Below, one piece after another: positions 1 through 11,464 of a stretch of 64,000 bases of DNA. This stretch comes from Moniliella sp. 'wahieum' (lineage: Eukaryota). Positions within the stretch are counted from its first letter, which is position 1, and each line of letters opens with the position of its first letter. The stretch covers positions 186,001-250,000 of the forward strand of contig RSEE01000005.1 of the NCBI GenBank assembly GCA_003971905.1, given 5' to 3'. Below the pieces are notes generated by a model that had not been told where the DNA came from, made no database searches, and saw only the letters and a list, made by a program, of their open reading frames with translations. A program made the translations under genes and the position numbers.

Positions 1-371
1 GCAATAGCGATAGGACATACCAGAGCTTAGGGTCGGCACCGGGAGGAGGACCGGACTGCGCATTAAACACCTGCGGCCGACCGGCTGGAGGAGAAAGGTG
101 GGTTAGGGCCCAGCATACCGCACTCGTTCGCGGAGCGTGTACAAGAGTTGAACTTACCACCATAGCCTGGAGGGGCTCCATAGCCTTGAGATTGCGAAGG
201 AGCGCCATAGCCTTGCTGTTGCGGGGCGCCATAGCCCTGCTGCTGTGGAGCACCATAGCCCTGCTGCTGTGGAGCACCATAGCCCTGCTGCTGTGGGGCG
301 CCATATCCCTGCTGCGGCGCACCGCCATAGCCGCCGTATCCTTGAGGAGCACCGTAACCGCCGTAGCTCAT
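1..371 (-). CDS. PEF1: Penta-EF-hand (Pef1/ALG-2-like) protein, 5' part only; runs off the window
   Basis: ATG at 371 gives MSYGGYGAPQGYGG(GYGAPQQQ)n. An intron (GTAAGT at 157 to CTAAC...CAG at ~85) precedes exon 2 AGRPQVFNAQSGPPPGADPKLW, followed by a GTATGT donor. A GYPQ-rich N-terminus then PPPGADPxLW is typical of fungal Pef1. The EF hands lie outside the window. Confidence 0.65.
205..320 (-). repeat. 24-bp coding tandem repeat (GYGAPQQQ), ~5 units
   Basis: CCATAGCCCTGCTGCTGTGGAGCA-type units repeated on the + strand. Confidence 0.9.
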
Positions 372-647
372 GAGGAATGAAGGCAATTGGTGGCGGGCGG
401 AGTGGTAGGCAACAAACACCTCAAAGCAGAAGGGCTGCGCTGGTTTCCGCGGGAGGCTGTGGGGCTCTGCCGCCTTCTCCTGTTCATCAACCAGCGCCAA
501 GGCTGAGCTCAGCACCTCTCCTGCCGCCCCACCTGTCGCACCACATGTCCCAGTGATCAATGATCGACGAATCGATGATGCCTGGCTACCTCCTGACTAG
601 TTGACACATACGAAACTGTCCACGTGATGGAAGCACGTGACTGGATG

Positions 648-2657
648 TCATTTCTGAATCTGATTTCGGATTTCTGCGTGATCTGCAATCTCTCGTTGAA
701 TTTGTTCGAGATCAACGCTCTGGAGGACGCGAGATGGTGTATGGCTGTGGGGTGGCAGCTGGCAGGCAGGCATGTCTACTGCTCTACCGGAAAATACCCC
801 CTCGCGCTCTACAGCCGCACAGCTCCATGGTAAAACACGGCATTTTTAGGCATGGTCGTCCGCTGCGGCCGAGGCATGCTCGAGGATGGTGTAGGTGGGT
901 GGTCTGGGGACAGCGACGGGGACGGGGAGGGGGGTCGCGATGACGAAGACAAAGCCGAGGACGATGGCAATGGCAATGGCGATGCGGACAGGGGGACGGA
1001 AGAAGCAGGGTGCAGGTGTGTATGCGGCTCTCCTGGTTCCGGTACGAGACCTTGGTGATCAATTGGTTCGAGCAGGATGCGGACCTCCTTGACGCCCTTG
1101 ACGGAATCCACGCAGGCCTGCTGCACTGCGCGCTGCACCTCCCACGCGCGCTGCAAACAAATTTCACCGGCCAACTGCAGTCGCAGATCCACAAACGTCG
1201 ACACACCGCTCTTGGTCGCACGCAAATCGTGCCATCCCTTGACCAAAGAAGCGTTCTCGGGCTGCCGCACCACCCGTGCCACGGCCTGCTCCAACGAGCT
1301 CAGCACCGGTTGGGGTACGCTCCGGTCCGACAACTCAGCCATGGAAACCAAGAACAGATCAAACCCCTGCTTGCCAATCAACCCTGCCACCAGCAGCCCT
1401 CCGAGCGGATCCAGGACAGGGAACCCGGCCCAGGATCCAAAGATGGCAAGTGCCGTGATGCCGCTGGAAAGCGAGTCGGAGCGATGGTGCATCGCATTGG
1501 CCTCGAGCACATTCGAGTTCTCTCCTTGGCCACCTTGAGCGTCGCATAGTACAACCACTCTTTGACGCCGATGCTGGCCAGGGCAAACCAGATCGCACGT
1601 GGGTCGAGCACGCCATGGACGTGTCCGTGTGCATGGTCGTGCGCCGCGAAGGAGGCCAGGTCGCCCGCAAAGGAGCAAGGGCCTGCAAAGCCGCGGGTGC
1701 ATGCTCAATAGTGGGCAAGATGGCATCGAGCAAGAGGGTGTAACTGTGTGCCCCAATGCCCACTGCACCAGCTACGAGCGAAATGGACACGCCCAGCGAA
1801 CCAAACGTTTCGTACTTGCCATACCCGTGCGGGTACATCTCGTTCGGAGGCCGTTGTGACAGTTTCCAAAAGAACAGCGTGGCCACATCGGAAAACATAT
1901 CGCTCATCGAGTGCCCTGCATCGGCCAGCAACGAAGCCGAGTGCAGATACAACCCTGCCACCCCCTTGGCCGCACAGAGCACTACATTCGATAGCAGGCC
2001 TATTAACGTAATCCGCGATCCTCGATCTTGGCTCCCCTTGAGAGCACCCAGAAGCTGATCTGCCTCTGCCGCCGAGGGGGCATGGTGGTGGTGGTGCATC
2101 AATCCGCTCAGACTGAATGATGGTGGTGGTGGTCATGGCCATGGTCATGACCATGTCCGTGTCCGTGACCGTGTCCGTGTTCGAGGCTGGGATTGCGTTT
2201 GTGGTTGGGGTCATGGCTGTCATCAAGGTCAGGTGGCGCAGAGGTGTGAGCAGGCTTGGGTGAGGTGGTAGACTCCCATCCAGCTCAAGGGAGGGGGTGG
2301 ATTTAGTTTGAGATGGGGGTGGAAGCGTGCTGAACGGAGTGAGGGGGTGGGCATGGGCCAAGACATTGACAGTGGCGGCAGGGAAGAGACCAAAGAGCCC
2401 TCCTGAGGCAGTGGGGCGACCACGGACGACAACCGAGCGCACCAGCGACGAGGACGACGAGCTGAGCGCGTCGTGGCGAACCAGGCGGGGCGGGCCGTTG
2501 CGTCGGTGGGTGGGGGCGGGTGGGCGTCCTGCTCCCGCGTGGAGACGGGGCAGGGGGCGGTGGCAGGCGGACGGTGGGTGGACTTGGCGCGGAGAGAGAG
2601 GGGGGAGAGGCGTGTGTGCCTGTGGATGCGGCAGAAGGTGGGGGCTGGCCTGAGCAT
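648..2657 (-). CDS. MMT2: Mitochondrial cation diffusion facilitator (iron transporter Mmt1/Mmt2 family)
   Basis: Arg-rich presequence MLRPAPTFCRIHRH; His-rich HGHGHGHDH/HHHHH segment; GSRITLIGLLSNV, SASLLADAGHSMSD, YPHGYGKYETFG, ANAMHHRSD, LDPLGGLLVA. The C-terminal tail extends to TGA at 648 after a frameshift. Confidence 0.9.
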
Positions 2658-2939
2658 GGCGGCGGGTGGCAGGAGGAAAGTGGGGAGGGGCGGGCTGCGT
2701 GATGGATTGATGGCTGGTTCCGGCACCTGGCTAGCTTGCTGGCTATGGCATGGAATATTGACCCAGCTCGCCGTGCCCATAATTGTGTTGTGAGAGGCCC
2801 ATCATTGCTCATTGATCACTGATCATCCATCCTGATGCTTGAGTCGCCATCGGAGTTATGACTGTCTGTCGTCATCTGCAATGTTTCATTCACGTGCTTT
2901 CACCCTCGCATTTGAAATGTGAAAATGATGTTACTCCTC

Positions 2940-5435
2940 TCAGATCTCACGCAATCCCATACTTGGCGGGAATGCGCCCGACCCGTCCCCGGGAGTCCCC
3001 GGCATGCGGAGCTGCGCGCTGCGGGATGGCGAGGCGGGCGGTGAGGCAGGCGGTGCGTGTGTCCCCATCGGCTTCTCGCCCGAGGCCAGTACCTCCTCCA
3101 GCCCCTTCTCGCCCTTCCGCACCGCCTCCGCCACCGCCCACGTCTGGCGCGCCCACATGGGCGCAGCGGCCTGGCCACCGCGCTGGGCCAGCGTCTGCTG
3201 CACCGCCCGCACCCAGCGCCCGCTCCGTCTCCGAATCCGCCAGAAACTGCACCGTCTCGCCGCCGCTGTCACGCGGAAGGCGCCCTCCAGCCCGGCCCCT
3301 CTTCGTCCCCCACCTCCACCCGCCCGCCTTCGAGACTCATGTCCAGCACCGTACGCTGCGTCACTTCGTTTCGTGCGACCAAGCGGCCTCCGCGCAGCTC
3401 TACCCGTCTGCGCCGCCATGCCGACCCACCCGTACCGCCTTGGGTCAAAATGCCACTGAGAGTGACCTTGCTCTCCCTCTCGGCCTCGCGCATCCCGGCC
3501 TCGCACTCGCGTAACCGCCCAGGCGTGCGTACCCCCACCCCCGGCACAGAAGGCACAAAAAATACACTTAGCTGCACCGTTCCCCGTGGCTCGGTCGGCG
3601 CCTTGGTTCCTGCGCCGGCAGCATGAGTCGGTCCCGCAGGCCAGAGTGTCACTTGCTTCTGCACCAGCTTGCCCAACGCCTCGCCCGCCCACGGATCAAA
3701 AGCCACCTCAACTTGGCCTACGTGCCCTGCTGGGCCGAGAAGTGTTCGGAGCGGAGAAGCCGGGGGGTGGCGACGGGGCGACGCGACTTGCAGCGGGAGC
3801 GGGCGCCGCGGCCTGGGCAGCAACAGCAGCGGGACGGACAGGCGTGGTACGTCCCTCCCGTTCTTCCTCCTTGGACTTCTTCTTGGGGCTGCGCAAGAGA
3901 CGGGAAAGGAACTTTTCCTTCTTGGGGGAACCGGGGGAAGAATGCGGGGGGTGGCCGGCCGAACGGGGGCCGACCGAGCGGGACTAGCAGGCCGGTGCGG
4001 TGAAGGTGTCCGTTGTAGGTGCGGCTGCGATGACAGCGGCGGTGACAGCGGCGGTTGCCGCACGTAGGCAGGCGATTTAGTCGGCGGAAGCAGCTGTAGT
4101 CCTACCCGGAACGTTAGGTCGCGGGTGTATTGCATCTCAAATTCTTGGCCAAAGAGCGTGGTGCGCCGAAGGGGGAAACGACGGTTGGTCTGTACCTTGG
4201 TCTTGCCATTGTCGAGCCGAAGCTCAACGTAGCTGTCCGCTTCGATCGGCAGCGACGCGGCCGGGGTAAAAGAATCGACGCGGAGAAACACTTTGCCCGG
4301 GGGAAGCGGCCCCGGCACGGAGGCCGAAGCCGAAGCCGAGGCTGTAGACGGCGAGGCGGGGCTCAGACGACTCGGCGATTCCCATCTGCCGCGTAAAAAG
4401 TCAGTTCCTGCCACAAGGAAGTGGATCGCAAGACGTACCATCTTGGTGGGGCTTCTAGCGCGTGCAGGTGGAAGGTCTTCATCAGTATCGCGGATGGAGA
4501 TCGTCTTTCGTTGGCGCATCTTATACTTCGGTCCTTGTTTCTGGATTCGGCTCAGTTCGCGTTGCAAGCCAAAGCCAAACTCTTTCTCAGCTGCGTCACC
4601 CAAACGAGGGAGCCGCGGTGGCTCGACAATTGTTGTCCGCATTGTTTGCGCCTCATCCAGTTGTGCCTCGACCGTTGGGGTTGGGGCCTTGGCCATGACT
4701 TGGGTCAACGACTCGGCCGAGCGACGACGCCCTGCCTCTGAGTGCACATCCTCGGGCTGATCGGGCACGTCGGAAGAGCAAGAAGCAATCGAGGGGATAC
4801 AGAAACTGGACGCGTCTTCGTCACCGTGAGCCAGGGTAAGTCCAACCCCATGCCCACCGCGCCCAAGCCTACCGACACACGTGGCGGGCGCGGAATCATG
4901 CGCTCGAGCGGACTGACGGGTGGTTCAAAATGAGACACGCGGAGGGACTGGGTTGGGGCGACCGTGTTTCCTCCCGCAGCGCGGGCGAAACGAGGGCGGC
5001 CCAGCATCGCGCGTGGCGTCGATACTGGTGTCCAAGGGAGGGGGCATGGGGCGACTGGGAGAATCGATGGGACGCAAGGGCGGGGAAGAGGTCATGCGGG
5101 CATCTTGTTCGTCAGGTTGTGCCATCATCGTGGGACGCGTCGAGTTGAGAAGAGAGGGAGGCGGTGCGGTGCGAGGTGCGGTCGGTAGGCTGGATGGCGG
5201 GTGGAGAAGCGGACATGGACAGGGACCGAGACGCAGAGGTAGAGGCAGAGGCAGAAGTGGCACAGCTGGACTCGAGCTGGTACTCCTGCACGTCGAGTGT
5301 TTCGTCAAAGGTGACCGTCTTGCGACGGACCAGCGGACGGGGGTGGGTGGGCGGCGGCAAGGCACTGCCCAGGCCGATGGCGCGGGGTTGCGGCGGAGCC
5401 TGGCGCACCTGGAGCGCAGTCGGGTGGGCGGTCAT
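2940..5435 (-). CDS. BUD4: Anillin-like Bud4-related septation protein (anillin-homology + PH domain)
   Basis: N-terminal KTVTFDETLDVQEY; GKVFLRV...LRLDNG...FGQEFE (Bud4 anillin-homology region); LSGILTQ...WRRRRVELRGGRLVARNEVT and QFLADSETE (PH domain); several frameshifts. Confidence 0.75.
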
Positions 5436-5762
5436 CGGGATGGTCAATAATGGATGGTGGATGGTGGAGGCGCGATGGCGGTGTTTTGGCCCAAATAGAA
5501 AAGGGGGAGCAGACGCTGTGGATGGCGGCCGGGGGTTGGCGTAGACTCTACCACCCGGAAGTGGTGCACTGGGCGAACCACCATCGAGGACGGGGGGTTG
5601 AAATATTGCAACCAACGCACGTGACGCAGAGAGCGGCAGACAGGTTGCTCCACTGGGCCAGACTGGCGCAGCGCTGGCCTTGGCGCCGTGGTGGCAGTGG
5701 CCCAGGGGACCCACTCGCAGGCACCAGCGCAGTGTCGGGCTTCTCCCCTCGGCCCATTCGCC

Positions 5763-5793
5763 AAGATCTCAGATATAAGATCTCAGATATAAG
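5763..5793. repeat. 14-bp perfect direct repeat (AAGATCTCAGATAT x2) in the BUD4/PMC1 divergent promoter
   Basis: aagatctcagatat aagatctcagatat aag read directly. Confidence 0.9.
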
Positions 5794-6185
5794 GCCTACG
5801 GCCTACTTCGGCGTACGGTCAACGAGGTAGGGCCTGGCCCACGGGGGGTTGTCTGGGCACGAATTACTGAGTACTGGGGATTGAGCACGGCATGAGCGCA
5901 TGAGCAGACGCTTCTACTTCGGCCGAACCTGCACCCTGGCCCTGCCCCAGCCCCCGCGACTGCCCCTTTCCCCCAATCACATGCTCGTTCCCCCCGAGCA
6001 GCAGCCCCAAAGACGCCACCAGGCTTGGCAATTTTCTTGCCTGCCCTCTGCCCTCTTCTCTGCATACCCCCCGCCACACCCTGACCCTCGGATACATACG
6101 CTCACACCAACATTTTCCTGCCCCCCTCCTCTTTGCTTCTCGCCTACCACACCCCTCTCCCCCCCCCCTCTCCACGCGCACATTC

Positions 6186-9100
6186 ATGACCGCCACCTCG
6201 GTTGTGATGCCCCCTCAGGCAAAGCCTGACAACGACGACGACGGTGAGGCCCGGACCGGTCGCTGGGCCCGCTTCAAACAACGCTTGTCCCAGGCCACCC
6301 GCGAAGGGCGCCGCTCCGCTGCCCAGAGACAAATCGATGCCCATCGCCAACAACAGCTCCACCTCGATCCTCGTCCGTTTCCTTTGCGTGCCATCGAGCT
6401 GGCCGATATGCTCGACCCCAAGTCACCGGAAACGTTGCATGCGCTCGGTGGTACCGCCGGGCTGTGCCGTGTGCTCGGCGTTGATCCCACCTATGGCCTC
6501 GAACTCGATGAAGAAGGGACAGATGTGGAAAAAGCCCTGTGGCGACTGCCACCACCGGCGCCAACACCAACGCAACCACAAACGCCAACGAATCGGCCAC
6601 CGAGCTCGACTTTGTTCATGCCACTCTGGCAGACCGCGTCCGGGTTTACGGTACCAACCACCTGATTCCACGCCCGACCAAGTCCCTCTGGCTCCTCATG
6701 CTCCTTGCACTCCAAGACCGCACTTTGGTACGTCGTTTTTTCCTATAGTTGTTTTCTGAGGATGCTATTATACTCTTGCCCACCTGCCCGAATCCCACTG
6801 ACTCCAACCCCTCCTTTGCCCAACCAAAAGATCCTTCTCTCCATCGCAGCAAGTATTTCCCTTGCCCTTGGCCTTTATACCGACTTTGGCGCCGACCCCG
6901 AAATCCTTCCGTGTCAGAACCCTGCCCCGGGTCTTGGTGGATGCCCTGCACCCGATGTGGACTGGGTTGAAGTGGCGTAGCGATTGTGATTGCGATTGCG
7001 GTTGTGGTTGGGGTAGGCTCGCTGAACGACTGGCAAAAAGAACGCAAGTTTCGTCAACTCGATACCGAAAAGGACAAACGCGACGTCAAGCTGCTTCGGG
7101 GCGGAGCACCATGCATCGTACCCATCGAGCAGATCGTCGTGGGCGACATTCTCTTCCTCGAACCGGGCGATGTGGTACCTTGTGACGCCGTCTTTCTCCG
7201 GGGCCACAATGTCCGTTGTGATGAGTCGGGTGCGACGGGCGAGTCGGACATGGTGCGCAAGGCCGTTTTGGAAGATTTTTGGGACGAAGAGAGGGCGAGC
7301 AAAAAGAGTAAAGAGAACCAGCATCATTCCAATCTCCCTGACTGCTTCCTCATCTCCGGGTCCAAGGTACTCGAAGGAATGGGTGAGGCGGTCGTGATTG
7401 CAGTGGGAGAAGAGTCATTAATGGAAAGGTATGTATCTCTCCGGTTCCACTACACATCAACCCATCTTTGTACTCTTGTCGTTCGAAAGTGGCTGACAAG
7501 AACGGTACGAGCATAGCTACTCATGTCGCTCCGAGCAGAAAAAAGAGACCCCGTTGCAAGTCCAACTCAACCGCCTTGCCCAGCAAATCGCGCTGTTTGG
7601 GTCGATCGCAGGTGGTCTTCTCTTCTTTGCTCTGATGATCCGATTCTTTGTCAAGCTCGGCACCGACCCTGATCGTACCGCCGACGAAAAGGGACAAGAT
7701 TTTATCCAAATACTCATTCTTGCCGTCACGCTCATTGTGTTGCAGTGCCCGAGGGCTTACCGCTGGCGGTCACGTTGGCATTGGCATTCGCGACCAAACG
7801 CATGTTCCACCACAAGTTACTTGTCCGTGTATTGAGCGCGTGCGAGACCATGGCCAATGCCAATGTCGTATGCACCGACAAGACCGGCACCTTGACCCAG
7901 AACCGAATGCGGGTCGTCCTTGGTTCCGTAGGGGTTGCGGTCCAATTTGGCGCCGATGGCAGGACATCCGAGGAAACGCTGCCGCTCTCGGAACTCAACC
8001 GGGTACTCTCTCCTCGTCTGGTCACCCTGCTCAACGACAGCATTGCCATCAACTCAACCGCGTTTGAAGAAGAGAACCCTGCTGGGGCATCTCCCGAGTC
8101 GAAACAGGTCAAGCCTGTACGGTGGTGGAGTCGCCTTTTCCACCGTATGATGCCAGCTGCACCCTCCCTTGCGCACGACGACGTCTTGGAGGAAGGCTCG
8201 GACCGGTTCATTGGAAGCAAAACCGAGACTGCGCTTCTTATGATGGCCAAAACTCTAGGATGGGAAGCGTACGGTGACGCTCGGGAAAAGTACAAGATGG
8301 AGCAGATGTGCCCTTTGCCTCGGAACGAACGCAAGGCAATGGCAGTGGTGGTGGAGATGCCGACCGGGTACCGTTTTCTGGTCAAAGGTGCGTCCGAGGT
8401 ACTTTTGCAAGCCTCAAACTCGGTTGTTTCGCAAGATGGAGATGTGGAGGCGTTGACCCAAAGCACACGAAACACGCTCGAAACCAGGATCACTACCTGG
8501 GCTGGTCAGTCACTGCGTACCATCGCCATGTTACCGCGACTTCCCCGTTTGGCCGCCGCCCGAGGCTGAGATGACTGAAGCAGGCGAGGTCGCATACTCT
8601 TGGCTGGCTACCAACCTTACCTCCTGGCCTTGGTCGGTATCGAGGATCCCCTTCGTCCGGCGTAACACAAGCTGTCCACACCTGTCACCGTGCTGGGGTA
8701 GACGTGAAAATGTGTACCGGGGACAACGTATTGACTGCCCGTTCGATCGCTGAGCAATGTGGAATCCTAACTGAAGATGGCCTAGTTATGGAGGGCCCCG
8801 TCTTCCGGCGCTTGTCTCCCTCGGAACTGCTGGAAGTAGTGCCAAAGCTGCAAGTGTTGGCACGATCCAGTCCGCAGGACAAGCAGTTGCTCGTCGAAAC
8901 GCTCAAGCTGCGTGGGGACATTGTGGGTGTCACAGGCGATGGGACGAACGATGGTCCGGCACTCAAGTCGGCTCACATTGGGTTTTCCATGGGCTTAGCT
9001 GGGACCGAGGTGGCCAAGGAGGCGTCGGATATCATTCTTCTCAACGACAACTTCTCTTCCATATTGGATGCCATCATGTGGGGTCGGTGCGTGAACGAGG

Positions 9101-10283
9101 CGGTGCGCAAGTTCATCATGTTCCAAATCTCGGCGTGCGTATCGGCGGTGATCATCACGTTTATCACCTCGGTCGTGCACAACCGTAGCGACTTGACAGC
9201 GGTCCAACTGTTGTACTGCAACCTGTGCTTGGACGTGCTTGCTGCGCTCGCTCTGCCACCGACCCTGCCCGACTCGAGCTGCTCGACCGTCCTCCCGCCA
9301 AAGCCTCCGCTCCGCTCATCTCCCCACAAATGTGGCTCCTGATCCTGACCCAGGCCACGTACCAGAGCGTCGTGGCTCTGGTGCTCTCCTTTGCCGGTAA
9401 AAGTATTTTTTCTCTCCACTCGGGCGACATTGGGATGAATCTCGTAACGAGACTCTGATCTCCACCTTGGTGTTCAACGCGTTCCTCTGGTCCTTGATTT
9501 TCAATCAGTTCAATGCCCGTCGGCTCGATCGCCAGCTCAATGTCTGGGGCGGCATGTTTTCCAACCCGTGGTTTGTGGCCATTGTGCTTCTCGAAACAGG
9601 CCTCCAAGTCTGTATTATCTACGTCGGCGGGGCAGCGTTTAGCGTGCGTCGATTGGAGGGTAAATACTGGGCTGTATCGCTGGTATTGGGCTTCCTTACC
9701 ATCCCCCTCAACATGCTGGTCAAACTGCTTATCCCCACCGATCGAGTGGCTCATCACGTTTCTCTCTTCCGTACCCGCCTCACCCGCCTCTGGGCCCGCT
9801 CTACCCCACTGGATCAGAAAGCACCTGCCCCGCCGCCGCCCCACTCCCGCCATGTCGGCGGTAGCACAGCAACTCTCATTTTTCGACCACATGCGTGGGC
9901 CCCGAGTAGCTGCCCAGGTCGGCTCGGCCGCTCCCTCGCGTGCTCCCACGCAAGCCAGCCTTCCTCTTCCCCATGCTGGCCCGCTTTCCCACGGCGGCAA
10001 AAAGTGGACCCCGTTCGAAAAAGACAGCAGCCACCCTCAAATGCTCATGGCTCTCGCCCCTGCCCTCACCTCGGTGACTCCCATGTGGGTCAGTGTAGGG
10101 TCGGAAGAACCAACAGTGGTGGTCCCCACAGTCCCTGCCATTGATTCCACTGTGTCTACCGCGCCTATTACTCCAAGTGCACATAACGCTAACCCCGTTG
10201 ACGGACTGGTGGCTGGCTCCCCTTTATCCGAAGCGCCCTCTTACACTTCCTCCCCGGATGCCCTCCCTCATCTGGTAAGGTAA
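6186..10283 (+). CDS. PMC1: P-type IIB Ca2+-ATPase (vacuolar Pmc1/PMCA)
   Basis: NDWQKERKF, DESGATGESD, PEGLPLAVTLALAFA, CTDKTGTLTQN (phospho-Asp), KGASE, TGDN, GDGTNDGPAL, FNQFNARRLD; introns ~6728-6830 and ~7429-7517. Confidence 0.95.
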
Positions 10284-10357
10284 GTGGGCATGTGAATGGG
10301 CGCTCAACAACCACACATCACCCGCGCTTTACGCCTTTACGCCTTCTCTCTCGCTGG

Positions 10358-10580
10358 TACGGACCTCTAATATCCCTTCCCAAACAATCTCTGCCACAAG
10401 ACTACGCTTCTTTGACGGACCTCTCTATTAGATTGTGTAACGGACCTTTTCTCGGACCTTTCTCCCTTACGGACCTTTCCTCACACTTGCCCCCACACGG
10501 ATCTTTTCTTACGCTTGCCCCACGCGGATATTTCCTCCAGCTTGCCCCCACACGGATCTTTTTCTCTCTACCGGATCATC
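10358..10580 (+). repeat. Degenerate array of CGGAY cores in a pyrimidine-rich region just 3' of PMC1
   Basis: CGGACCT/CGGATCT-like cores at ~10360, 10416, 10441, 10453, 10470, 10498, 10525, 10552 and 10572; three units share CTTGCCCC(C)AC(A/G)CGGAT. Confidence 0.8.
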
Positions 10581-11464
10581 CCTCTTGTTCTGTCGTTTGC
10601 TTTCCTTGTTGTTCTGCAAACCGCCCTCTATATAAACGGATTTTGCGCGTTGGGCCAAACACAAATCTACCTTTTTTGGCCATCCCTTTTCCTGGACCTG
10701 CCCACCCCTCAGCTGCTGCGGCTCGTTCTGTGCATTGGTTTTGTCTATACTCGTTGTCAGACTCTTTTGTGGATATATTGCCCTCTCTTTTGGCGTCGTT
10801 TGGTCAAAAGGCTTCTCTGCTTTTGCCCCTGGTGTTGATGCAATTTTCATGACTGCGTGATGATTGCGTTGTTGCATAGACGCGAGGCACAGTTTTGGTT
10901 GGAAAGGAGAAGAACAGCGGCGCGAGATTGACACACATCAATTCAATATTCACCCCCCCTTTCTTAGGACTAGTCAGGGCGTTCTGATCGATGATTGGGC
11001 AGCAGGGAGCATGCGTGTGTAGGAGAGGGCGGGAGAGGGCGTTCGAGAGAAAAAGCTGACACGCATATGCCCTGCCCTCTGTCTCAAGCTGTGAGCGTGA
11101 TGCAGAAGCAGAGGCAGATGACGCTGAGCCCGATGGGTTCGATGTCCGCGGGGCTGCGTTAAACGTTAATCCTTGAGCGCCGGCGGACAAATGACAAATT
11201 GAATCCGAGGGGGCAGCGTGGCTTTTGAGCCATTCGATCATTAATCATTCGAGGGGACTGGCGCACATCACATTACCCACTCACCCGGACTTCCGCCGAC
11301 CGCCCCCTTGCCGCCACACTCGCCCTGCGCCGAGGCTGCGGTGCTGAGGTAACCCGCCGGCCCAATGGGCGCACGCGGTGGCGGCAGAGAAGCCCCCCAC
11401 CACCTTGTCCGGGCAGAAGGCTGCCTCCACCACCTTTCTGCCTTCGTCTGCCGCTCGCCCCGCC

